Source: Vicinamibacteria bacterium (GTDB lineage Bacteria > Acidobacteriota > Vicinamibacteria > Marinacidobacterales > Marinacidobacteraceae). Taken from it: DNA of 64,000 nucleotides. Shown here piece by piece: positions 55,725 to 64,000 of the stretch (positions are counted from its first letter, which is position 1; every line of letters begins with the position of its first letter). The stretch is from positions 3,168,001 to 3,232,000 of the forward strand of contig OY821641.1 in NCBI GenBank assembly GCA_963555995.3, given 5' to 3'. A program made the translations under genes and the position numbers. Under the pieces are notes generated by a model. The model searched no databases, was not told the origin of the DNA, and worked only from the letters and a program-made list of their open reading frames with translations.

Positions 55725-56081
55725 CTACCCGGCCTCGAAGCGGCGGCGGAGGCGTTCGACGCGGCGGCGGTTGACCCCGAGGTCGTGGATGCCGATCCGG
55801 GAAGCGGAGCGGACGTGGATGACTCCCTGCTCGCGGCAGAGCAGGAGTTCCAGATCGTCCACGAACCCGATGCGGGTCCGGCACCGGGCGCGGAGGTAGT
55901 CGTCGGTGGCGGTGGTGACGCGGGTGCGCGGCGTGTCCGCCACCAGGCGTTTCAGGCGGGCGAAGGCGGCGTCCGGGTCCGCCGCGCCGTCGAAGGGCGC
56001 GATCCGGTGACGGCGGCGAGGTTCGTCGCGGCTGCGGACGCAGTTCCAGCGGCGGGGACAGGGAGCCAGGTGGCCGGACAC
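55725..56081 (-). CDS. DUF1499 family protein
   Basis: [37 protein letters not shown]. Confidence 0.85.
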   Translation of the reverse strand: MSGHLAPCPRRWNCVRSRDEPRRRHRIAPFDGAADPDAAFARLKRLVADTPRTRVTTATDDYLRARCRTRIGFVDDLELLLCREQGVIHVRSASRIGIHDLGVNRRRVERLRRRFEAG

Positions 56082-56095
56082 CGGAACCCGCCGGG

Positions 56096-57298
56096 CTACG
56101 GGCGGTGCAGGCAGGACTCCAGGGCGTCGGCGGCCTGGTGGACGTCCGCGGGCGTCGTCCAGCCGAGGTGCCCGAGGCGGAGGATCCTGTTCGCGAGGCG
56201 GCCGAGGCCCCCGGCGAGGACGATCCCGTGGCGCTCCCGGAGCGCGCGGGAGAGGTCCGGCCAGGAAACGTCCGGGGGCAGCCAGGCGGCGGTCACCGTG
56301 TTCGTGGCGTGCGGTTCGTCCGCGACGAGGCCGAGGCCCAGGGCGCGCAGCCGGGTCCGGGCTGCCTCGGCGGTTTCCGCGTGCCGGCGGAAGACCGCCT
56401 CCCGGCCTTCCTGGAGCAGGAGCCGGATGCCGGCCTCCATGGCGAAGAGCACCGGTACCGCAGGGGTGAACGGCATCGAGCCGCGGGCCAGCGCGTCGCG
56501 GTAGCGGGCGAAGTCCCAGTAGAAGCGCGGCAGGGTCGCGGTCCGGGCCGCCGCGTCGGCGCGGGCGGAGGTCCACACCATCGCCATGCCGGGGGGGAGC
56601 CCCCACGCCTTCTGGGAGGCGGTGAACACCGCGTCGCAGGAATCCACGGCGAGCGGCATCGCGCCGAGGCTGGAGACCGCGTCCACGAGCGCCAGCGCGT
56701 CCGATTCCTCGCGGACCACCCGGAGGAGATCGCCGGCGGGATGGAGCACGGCGGTGGAGGTCTCGCAGTGGGTCAGCAGCACGGCGCGCGGGGGCGGACC
56801 GGCGCGGAGCGCGTCCCGGAGCCGGTCGGGAGCCGCCGCGTCGCCCCACGGGGTGTCGAGGGTCCGGGTTTCGAGGCCGAAGGCTTCCGCCACACCGAGG
56901 AAGCGCTCCGCGAACTGGCCGCCGCCGAGCCCGAGCACCGGGTCGCCGGGGGAGAGCAGGTTGGCGAGCGTGGCCTCCATGGCGCCCGTCCCGGACGCGG
57001 TGAGCAGGACCGGCTGCCGTTCGGTGCCGAGGTAGTCGCAGAAGCCGTCGGCAATGCGGCCGAGCAGCGCCCGGGCTTCGGGTCCCCGGTAGGAGATCAG
57101 CGGCTGCGCCATCGCCGCGGCGACTTCGGGGTGGAGGGGGGTGGGGCCGGGGACGTGGAGACCGGGGGGGATGGGCGCGACGCCGGGAGATACGCCATCC
57201 GGGCGCGTGACGTTCTGCGTGCCGCCCGCCTGCGGCGGGCTGTGCCGGTCTGAAGACCGGCGCTCCCACCGGCGCTCCCACCGGCGCTCCCTGGTCAC
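56096..57298 (-). CDS. Class V aminotransferase (alanine-glyoxylate/serine-pyruvate type)
   Basis: PGPT, SGTGAME, HCETST, VDAVSS, SQKAW..PPG, LRLGHLG; GTG start overlaps the upstream stop. Confidence 0.88.
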   Translation of the reverse strand: MTRERRWERRWERRSSDRHSPPQAGGTQNVTRPDGVSPGVAPIPPGLHVPGPTPLHPEVAAAMAQPLISYRGPEARALLGRIADGFCDYLGTERQPVLLTASGTGAMEATLANLLSPGDPVLGLGGGQFAERFLGVAEAFGLETRTLDTPWGDAAAPDRLRDALRAGPPPRAVLLTHCETSTAVLHPAGDLLRVVREESDALALVDAVSSLGAMPLAVDSCDAVFTASQKAWGLPPGMAMVWTSARADAAARTATLPRFYWDFARYRDALARGSMPFTPAVPVLFAMEAGIRLLLQEGREAVFRRHAETAEAARTRLRALGLGLVADEPHATNTVTAAWLPPDVSWPDLSRALRERHGIVLAGGLGRLANRILRLGHLGWTTPADVHQAADALESCLHRP

Positions 57299-58833
57299 AT
57301 CGTGAGGATGGCGGCGAAGCTGACGATGGAGCGGAAGAAGTGGCCGAGGCGGAGGTTCTCGTTGGGGCTGTGCTGGTTGTTGTCGTGGTTCACCGTGGGG
57401 ACCATGAGCGCCGGGACGCCGAGGGCCTCCACGAAGGGCGCGATCGGCACGGTTCCGCCGCTGGTGCGCTTGCGGACCGGCTCTTCGCCCCAGATCTCCG
57501 TGAGGCTGTCGGTCAGGCGGGCCGCGACCGGGTGGTCGAGCGGGGTGCGGAAGGCGTTCGTGCCCGCGCTGCGGGTCAGCCGCAGCAGCCGGGGGTGTTC
57601 CTCCCGCTCGGCGTCGGTCGGGTCGCGGTCCAGCAGGAACCAGCCCTGTCCCTCGATGAAGTCGCGGACCTTGGCGAACATGGCGTCGGCGGGGGTCTCG
57701 GCGACCAGGCGGACGTCCAAGGCCGCCGTCGCGGTCGCGGGAACGATGGTCCGCGCGTCGCCGCCCACCCACGCGCTCGACAGGCCGCGGACGTTCAGCG
57801 AGGGGAACTGGAGGGCCTCCTGGAGCGAACCACCCACCCGGTCGGCCTCCGCGAATCCGAGCGACCGCCGCATGGCGGGGAGGTCGTCGGGCACCGCGGC
57901 CAGCGCGCGCCGCTCCTCGACGGTGAACTCGATCCCGTCGTAGAACCCCGGGATCGCCACCCGGCCGCCCTCGTCCTTCATCGAGGCGATGAGCTGCGCC
58001 AGCCGGACCGCCGGGTTCGGCGCCCAGTTGCCGTAGTGGCCGCTGTGGAGCGGCACGCGCGGGCCGTACACCACCAGTTCCAGGGTCAGGATGCCGCGGG
58101 CGCCGAAGCTGACCGTGGGCCGGCCGCTCTGGTGGAGCGGGCCGTCGAGGATGAGCATCGCGTCGGCGGCGAACCGGCTCCCGTAGCGGGCGATCGCGGG
58201 GACCAGGTTCGGCGATCCGGCCTCCTCCTCGCCGTCGAGGATCACCTTGAGGTTGCTGGTGACCGTGACGCCGGCCGCGTCGAGCGCGTCGAGCGCGCCG
58301 AGCAGGGCGATGATCGGCGCGGTGTCGTCGGCGACGGAGCGGGCGTAGATGCGGTCGTCGGGGCGGAACACCTCGCTGGCGTGCAGGTCGAGGAGGCCCG
58401 CTCCGTCGGCCAGACTGCCCTCGCGCAGGATCGGTTCGAAGGGGTCTTCCTGTTGCCAGCGGGAGGGATCCACCGGCTGGCCGTCGTAGTGGAAGTAGAT
58501 GAGCAGCGTGCGGTCGGCGTCCGCGGCGGGCCGTTCACCGAAGACGAGCGGGTTGCCGTCGGTCTCGAGGAGCTCGGCCGCGAAGCCGCGCCGCTCGAGG
58601 GAGGCCTCGAGGAACTCCGCCTTCCGCCGGATGTTCGCGGCGTCGGCCGCCACCGACGGGATGGCGACCGCCTCCACCAGCTCGCTCACGAGCGCCCGCT
58701 GCGCCCCGTCCACGTGCCGCTCGACGGTGGTGCGCAGGTCCTGCGCGAGCACCGGAACGGCGAGCGTCAGACCGGCGGCCAGGAGGATCGTCCGCCGGCC
58801 GGTCGCGTTCACTGGGGCCGGTCCTCGCTCCAC
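57295..58833 (-). CDS. M20/M25/M40 family metallohydrolase with signal peptide
   Basis: HYDGQP, YARSVADD, DGEEEAGSP, LHSGHYGN, NQHSPNENL. Confidence 0.92.
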   Translation of the reverse strand: MERGPAPVNATGRRTILLAAGLTLAVPVLAQDLRTTVERHVDGAQRALVSELVEAVAIPSVAADAANIRRKAEFLEASLERRGFAAELLETDGNPLVFGERPAADADRTLLIYFHYDGQPVDPSRWQQEDPFEPILREGSLADGAGLLDLHASEVFRPDDRIYARSVADDTAPIIALLGALDALDAAGVTVTSNLKVILDGEEEAGSPNLVPAIARYGSRFAADAMLILDGPLHQSGRPTVSFGARGILTLELVVYGPRVPLHSGHYGNWAPNPAVRLAQLIASMKDEGGRVAIPGFYDGIEFTVEERRALAAVPDDLPAMRRSLGFAEADRVGGSLQEALQFPSLNVRGLSSAWVGGDARTIVPATATAALDVRLVAETPADAMFAKVRDFIEGQGWFLLDRDPTDAEREEHPRLLRLTRSAGTNAFRTPLDHPVAARLTDSLTEIWGEEPVRKRTSGGTVPIAPFVEALGVPALMVPTVNHDNNQHSPNENLRLGHFFRSIVSFAAILTM

Positions 58834-59912
58834 ACCCGGTCGTCCGTTTCCTCCTCGCCGAACTCGCGCAGGAGCGCTAGGTCCAGATCGAACTCGTAGA
58901 TGCTGTCGGAGGTGGCGACCGCCAGCGTGCGGCTGTCGTTGAGCGCCACGCCGACCAGCGGCGGGGCGCTGACCACGCGCCGGGCCCCCGTGGGGGTGAA
59001 CAGGAACAGGCCGGCGTCGCCCGCGAGCCCTTCCGCGACGAAGCAGCGGTCCCGGTCGTCGAAGGCGATCCCCTGGGGCCGGCCGAAGCCGGAATGCACC
59101 CGGCAGGGCGCTCCGTCGGGCCGGAACTCGACGATCTGGTCGCGCGACGAGAGCGTGGGGCCGGAGACGAAGAGATAGCCGTAGGAGTTGAACGCCAGGT
59201 GATAGGCCGAGACCGACGCCCGGAGGTGCGAGAACACGCTGACGTCGCTCTCGGCGTCAATCCGGTAGAGCGTTCCGTCCCGGTCGCCGATCACCATCTC
59301 TCCCGTCGGGGAGAACCCGATGCCGGTCGCGCAGCCGAGGTTCTCGGCGAGCACGTGGAAGACGCCGTCGTCGCCCATCCGGTACACGCAGCCGTCCTCG
59401 CGGGAGGACACGTAGAGGGTGTCGTCCGGCCCCCACGCGAGGCCGGTCGGGTTCACGATGCCGTCGCCCATCGGCTCGGGGTCTCCCTCGTCGGTCAGCC
59501 GGTAGATCGGATGGGGGACCTTCTCGCCGCGCCGGCCGCTCACCGTCGAGTAGAGGTTACCGCGGGGGTCGTAGACGGGGTTGGCGACGATGTGGAGGTC
59601 CTCGGCGAAGAGGCGGCCGATGGTCACCGGATGCGGCTCGGTCTCCCGGTCGTTCAGGCACACCCGCACCTCGTCGCCGGCGCCGTCGGGCACCCGGACC
59701 CCCAGCCGGGTGGAGGAGACCCGGTAGATGTGCGCCTCTTCGTCCCCGAAGAACACCCGGAGCCGCGGCGCCTGGTCCACCGTGAAACCGCGTCCGCCGA
59801 TGTCCAGCCGCCCCCCCGGAAGCGCGTAGTGCGGCCAGACCCGCGCGATGGCCAGCCGCGGGCGCTTCGGCCGTTCGGCGCGTCGCACGGGAGGACGAGC
59901 GCGGGCGGACAT
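58809..59912 (-). CDS. IPT/TIG domain plus gluconolactonase-like beta-propeller protein
   Basis: Ig-like N-terminus (LDIGGRGF...VFFG), NPTGLA, LGCATGI, FGRPQGIAFD repeats. Confidence 0.8.
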   Translation of the reverse strand: MSARARPPVRRAERPKRPRLAIARVWPHYALPGGRLDIGGRGFTVDQAPRLRVFFGDEEAHIYRVSSTRLGVRVPDGAGDEVRVCLNDRETEPHPVTIGRLFAEDLHIVANPVYDPRGNLYSTVSGRRGEKVPHPIYRLTDEGDPEPMGDGIVNPTGLAWGPDDTLYVSSREDGCVYRMGDDGVFHVLAENLGCATGIGFSPTGEMVIGDRDGTLYRIDAESDVSVFSHLRASVSAYHLAFNSYGYLFVSGPTLSSRDQIVEFRPDGAPCRVHSGFGRPQGIAFDDRDRCFVAEGLAGDAGLFLFTPTGARRVVSAPPLVGVALNDSRTLAVATSDSIYEFDLDLALLREFGEEETDDRVWSEDRPQ

Positions 59913-60089
59913 GGGAGCGGTCAGATTAGCAGCGGGCAGCAGAACCCATCCGGCCCGGCCGCTGCGAAATGGAGGCCCGCGGGTGGGCCACCAGCCGTCA
60001 GGGCGCGTACGGCTTGGAGCCCCCGCCGGGAGAAACGCTCATGCGCGTGTCCTCCGGCACACCCCGCCGGTCATGAAAACGGCGGAAAC

Positions 60090-60337
60090 GGCTTGGAGCG
60101 CCGGCTTTAGCCGGCACAGCGAGCCGACGGCTCGCGGATGTCGTGCCGCGGTGTGCGCTGATGGACGGACAGCCGTCGGGCGCGCCAGCGTCGTGCCGTC
60201 CGCTGCGCTTCGCGCAGCGGGTGCCGGCTGAAGCCGGCGTTCCCGGCCTTCGTGCCGTCCGGGCGGAGGAGGTCCGTCCCGCCGCCCGCCTGCGGCGGGC
60301 TGTGCCGGCTGAAGCCGGCGTTCCAAGCCGGCGGCGC
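60090..60337. repeat. 248-bp three-REP cassette, copy 1
   Basis: Direct repeat of 61038-61285 at an offset of 948 bp. Confidence 0.92.
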
Positions 60338-60574
60338 CAGCCGGCGGCCATTCCTCATGGCTCGGGAACCCGGCGTTTCGGGCCGGCACATGTGCCGCTT
60401 CGCTTCGACTTTTCCACAATTGGCCGCCGGGTGGGAAAAAATCGGTCCAATTCTCGTCTGTGCATGGTGGAGGACTTTTCCATGCACGAACGAACCACCG
60501 ATGCGGCGGAGACCGCAATCCCTTTGCCCGAACGGCAGGGCCGCTCCTATACTCCGGGAGAGGGTCAAAAAGCG

Positions 60575-61018
60575 ATGACGAGCGCGGAGGCGGAGCGCCT
60601 CGCCGGACGCCCGCGAGTTTCCCGCGAGCCGCTCGCCCGCGCGGAACGTCTCCAGCTCACCATGCTGGCCGGGCTCTTCGTCCTGATCGCGGCGATGTTA
60701 AGCGCGGGGGTTGTCGCGTTCACCACCCTCAGCAGCCAGATCCTTGGCCTCCAGGCGGAGATGCACGAGGAGATCGGCGGCCTCCGCACGGAGATCGGCG
60801 ACCTCCGGGCGGAGATGCACGAGGAGATCGGCGGTCTCCGCGGGGAGATGCGCGAGGAGATCGGCAGCCTCCGGGAGGAGATGCGCAGACTCTCCGACCG
60901 GACGGATCAGCTCTCCGACCGGATGGGTCAGCTCTCCGAGCGCATGACGCGGGTCGAAACGCTGATCGAGACGCGCCTCGTGCCCGCTGCGGACGCCCCG
61001 GACCCGGCCGGCCCCTGA
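60575..61018 (+). CDS. Single-TM coiled-coil protein with 11- and 7-residue repeats
   Basis: TM LAGLFVLIAAMLSAGVVAF; EMHEEIGGLR repeats; LSDRMGQLSERMTRVETLI. Confidence 0.8.
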   Translation: MTSAEAERLAGRPRVSREPLARAERLQLTMLAGLFVLIAAMLSAGVVAFTTLSSQILGLQAEMHEEIGGLRTEIGDLRAEMHEEIGGLRGEMREEIGSLREEMRRLSDRTDQLSDRMGQLSERMTRVETLIETRLVPAADAPDPAGP

Positions 61019-61037
61019 ACCGGGGGAGCCGCCCGGC

Positions 61038-61285
61038 GGCTTGGAACGCCGGCTTCAGCCGGCACCGTGGGCCGACGGCTCGCGGATGTCGTGCCGCGGT
61101 GTGCGGTGATGGACGGACAGCCGTCGGGCGCGCCAGTGTCGTGCCGTCCGCTGCGCTTCGCGCAGCGGGTGCCGGCTGAAGCCGGCGCTCCAAGCCCTTG
61201 CGCCATCCGGGCGGAGGAGGTCCGTCCCGCCGCCCGCCTTCGGCGGGCTGTGCCGGCTGAAGCCGGCGTTCCGGGCCGGCGGCGC
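61038..61285. repeat. 248-bp three-REP cassette, copy 2
   Basis: Direct repeat of 60090-60337. Confidence 0.92.
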
Positions 61286-61342
61286 GATCACGGCGTCGGC
61301 GACGCGGTGAGCCCACGACTGCGGGGTAGGATCGGGCGCTTC

Positions 61343-61813
61343 ATGCCCAGTCGCTCAGCCCCCCGCATCGCGGTGATCGGGGGTTCGAGCGCGCCCCCGG
61401 AGGTGCTCCGGGGGGCGGAGGCGGTCGGGCGGGAGCTGGCGCGGGCGGGCGCGGAGCTGGTGTGCGGCGGGCTGGGCGGGGTGATGGAGGCCGCCTGCCG
61501 GGGCGCCCGCGAGGCCGGCGGCTTCACGATCGGGATTCTGCCGGGAGAGGACCGGCGGGAGGCGAACGCCTGGGTGAGCTGCGCCATTCCGACCGGACTC
61601 GGACACTTCCGCAACTTCCTGGTCGTCCGGGCGGCCGACGGCGTGATCGCGCTTCCCGGCGCGAGCGGCACGCTTTCGGAGGCCGCCATGGCGATCACGC
61701 TGGGAAGGCGGGTGGTGACCGTAGCCGGAGACGCGAAGGGGTGGAGCGTTCCGGGAGCGACTCCCGCGGGGTCCGCCGCCGAGGCCGTCCGCCTGGTGCT
61801 GGCGGACCGCTGA
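61343..61813 (+). CDS. TIGR00725/LOG-like Rossmann-fold protein
   Basis: IAVIGG, CGGLGGVMEAACRGA, GILPG, TGLGHFRN, GTLSE. Confidence 0.9.
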   Translation: MPSRSAPRIAVIGGSSAPPEVLRGAEAVGRELARAGAELVCGGLGGVMEAACRGAREAGGFTIGILPGEDRREANAWVSCAIPTGLGHFRNFLVVRAADGVIALPGASGTLSEAAMAITLGRRVVTVAGDAKGWSVPGATPAGSAAEAVRLVLADR

Positions 61814-61819
61814 GTTCCG

Positions 61820-64000
61820 GTGAACGGGTTCGAGGCGCTCCTGGCGGCCGTCCGCGCCCGCCGGGAGGCCGGGGTCCGCCGGATCGGCCGCCTCTTCGGG
61901 CCGGCGCGGCTCGCGGTGGCGGCGGCGTGGGCCCGGGAATCCGACCGGCCGCTGGTGTTCCTGACGGCGCACGCCCGGGACCTCCTGACCGGGGCCGCCG
62001 ACCTCGAGGCGCTGCTGGCGGCGCTCGGCCCACCGGGAAAACTGGTCCGGCGGGTCCTGCGCCTTCCCGGTCCGGCGGTGAACCCTTACGCGGGGGTCGC
62101 TCCGCACGCCGAGGTGCTGGCTCTCCGCGCCACGGCGCTTTCCGCTCTCGCCGCACCCGGGAATCCGCCCCTGGTCATCGCCTCGGCGGCCGGGGCGCTC
62201 TGCCGCACCGCCGGGCCGGACCGGCTCCGGGACGCGGCGATCCACATCCGGCGAGGGAGCGATGCCTCCCCCGCCGGCATCGCGGCCAAGCTCGCCGCGG
62301 CCGGCTATCGCTACGAGGATCCGGTGAGCGGGCCGGGGGACTTCGCCCGGCGCGGGGGCATCGTGGACTTCTTCCCGGTGGACCGGGAGCTCCCCGTCCG
62401 CATCGAGTTCGGCTTCGAGGGGATCGAGAGCCTCCGCGAGTTCGAGGTGGATACCCAGCGGGCGGGCGACCACCTCGCCCGGCCGGAAGCGGTGTCCGTC
62501 CCGCCGTCGTGGGAGTGGATCGGCGCCGAACTCGACGAAGGACCCCACCCGGCGTTCCGGCTTCCCGGGTCCCCCGGGTTCGACAGCGGGTTCGACGCCT
62601 ACCTCGAGGGCGCCGAGGTGATCCTCGACGAACCGGACCGGTTCTGGGACGCCGCCGAAGCCGAAACGGCGCGCGTGGTGGACGCCCGGCTCGCGGCCCG
62701 GGAGTTCCGGGCGCGCGCCGCGGCCCCGCCGGAGCGCCTCCTGACCCCGATCGAGGCGCTCCGGGCGCGGCTGGAAGAACCCCCGCCGGCCGGGGCCGTC
62801 GAGCTGCGGGAGCTGGAGGCGGCGGGACCGGCGTCCGCCGCGCGTGGGGACCTGCCGGCCCGGCCCACCGACTCCTTCCGGGGCCGGACCGGTGCGTTCC
62901 TGCAGTCGCTGCAGGCGGCCGGAGACCCGCGGCGCACCGTCCACGTCTTCGTGCCCGGGGTGCCCGCCGCCGAGCGGTTCGCGTCCCGCGCCCGGGAGGC
63001 GGGCGCCCGCGTCCGCGACGGCGGCACCGGGAACGGCGTTTCGATTCCGGAGGAGACGCCGGGCGCCCTGCCGGCGCCGCCGCGGGTCTTCGTCCACGCC
63101 GGGCGGCTGAGCGCCGGGTTCGAGCTCCCGGAGCTTCACCTGCAGGTGATCAGCGGCGCGGCGATGGTGGGGGCGCCGCCGCGCACCCCGAGCCGGCGCG
63201 CCCGCTCCGGCAGTTTCCTCTCGGATTTCCGCGACCTGAAACCCGGGGACCCAGTCGTCCACACCGACCACGGGGTGGGGCGCTTCGTCCGGATGACCCG
63301 CCTCGGCGAGGAGGAGAACGCGCCCGAACTGGTCGAGATCCACTACGCGAAGGGGGGAAAGCTCTTCCTGCCGGTGGACCGGCTGGACCTGCTCGAGAAG
63401 TACTCGGCCGGCTCGGCGGCCGGAACGCCCCCGCTCGACCGGCTGGGGGGCACGAGCTGGGTGCGGCGGCGGAAGCGCGTCGCGAAGGCCATGCGCGACA
63501 TCGCGGGCGAACTCATCCGCCTGTACGCGGCCCGCCGGAAGATCGCCGGCTACGCGTTCTCGCGCGACGTCCCGGGGATGGAGGACTTCGAGGACGCCTT
63601 CGAATGGACCGAGACCGAGGACCAGGCGCGGGCGATCCGCGACGTGTTCGAGGACATGGAGTCGGAGGTGCCGATGGACCGGCTGCTCGCGGGCGACGTC
63701 GGGTTCGGGAAGACGGAGGTCGCGCTCCGGGCGGCGTTCAAGGCGGCGATGGAAGGGAAGCAGGTCGCCGTGCTGGTGCCGACCACGGTGCTGGCGGCGC
63801 AGCACGCGCGGGTCTTCGAACAGCGGTTCGCCGCCTTTCCGGTCCGGGTGGCGCTGCTCTCCCGGTTCCGCACGCCGAAGCAGCAGAAGGCGATCGTCGC
63901 CGGGGTCCGCGACGGGACCGTGGACATCGTCATCGGCACCCACCGCCTGCTGTCGAAGGACGTGGCCTTCCGCGACCTGGGGCTGCTGATCGTGGACGAG
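61820..64000 (+). CDS. mfd: Transcription-repair coupling factor (partial, runs off the window)
   Basis: Frame from GTG 61820: FARRGGIVDFFP, LKPGDPVVHTDHGVG, PMDRLLAGDVGFGKTEVALRAAF, IGTHRLLSKD, LIVDE. Confidence 0.95.
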   Translation, partial: MNGFEALLAAVRARREAGVRRIGRLFGPARLAVAAAWARESDRPLVFLTAHARDLLTGAADLEALLAALGPPGKLVRRVLRLPGPAVNPYAGVAPHAEVLALRATALSALAAPGNPPLVIASAAGALCRTAGPDRLRDAAIHIRRGSDASPAGIAAKLAAAGYRYEDPVSGPGDFARRGGIVDFFPVDRELPVRIEFGFEGIESLREFEVDTQRAGDHLARPEAVSVPPSWEWIGAELDEGPHPAFRLPGSPGFDSGFDAYLEGAEVILDEPDRFWDAAEAETARVVDARLAAREFRARAAAPPERLLTPIEALRARLEEPPPAGAVELRELEAAGPASAARGDLPARPTDSFRGRTGAFLQSLQAAGDPRRTVHVFVPGVPAAERFASRAREAGARVRDGGTGNGVSIPEETPGALPAPPRVFVHAGRLSAGFELPELHLQVISGAAMVGAPPRTPSRRARSGSFLSDFRDLKPGDPVVHTDHGVGRFVRMTRLGEEENAPELVEIHYAKGGKLFLPVDRLDLLEKYSAGSAAGTPPLDRLGGTSWVRRRKRVAKAMRDIAGELIRLYAARRKIAGYAFSRDVPGMEDFEDAFEWTETEDQARAIRDVFEDMESEVPMDRLLAGDVGFGKTEVALRAAFKAAMEGKQVAVLVPTTVLAAQHARVFEQRFAAFPVRVALLSRFRTPKQQKAIVAGVRDGTVDIVIGTHRLLSKDVAFRDLGLLIVDE

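Noticed and set aside
1-64000. tRNA, rRNA, integrase, reverse transcriptase or RAYT genes
   Set aside because: None were recognised by eye; a tRNAscan/Infernal/HMM run would be needed to exclude them formally

Overview
GC-rich bacterial chromosomal window. It is probably from a marine, possibly host-associated Acidobacteriota-like organism; this is an inference from Na+-NQR, the IPT/beta-propeller gene and the expanded Uma2 and TM-coiled-coil families. The housekeeping backbone comprises nqrABCDEF, SNF2/SWIM genes, a thioredoxin-like gene, a heterodimeric ABC exporter, a FabZ-like gene, an M20 peptidase, an aminotransferase, TIGR00725 and mfd. It is interleaved with accessory DNA. (1) A proteasome-type AAA+ ATPase / DUF6414-like pair, knocked out by an ISL3 element with ~100-bp terminal inverted repeats. 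(2) Two Fic genes and a wHTH gene, each with its own helically phased short-repeat array upstream. (3) An AbiEii-like gene interrupted by a 181-bp MITE. (4) An sspABCD-type DNA phosphorothioation operon followed not by a canonical SspE but by a nuclease-less DUF262 protein, a 2TM + GAF-like protein and an MTase-Mrr fusion; two directly repeated Uma2-like genes bracket this island. (5) A repeat-rich autotransporter. (6) Decayed toxin-antitoxin modules. Many palindromic REP/REPIN-like elements mark the junctions. The best candidates for undescribed systems are the Ssp + DUF262 + 2TM-GAF module and the phased arrays linked to HTH/Fic genes. All family assignments come from motif recognition by eye; no searches were run.
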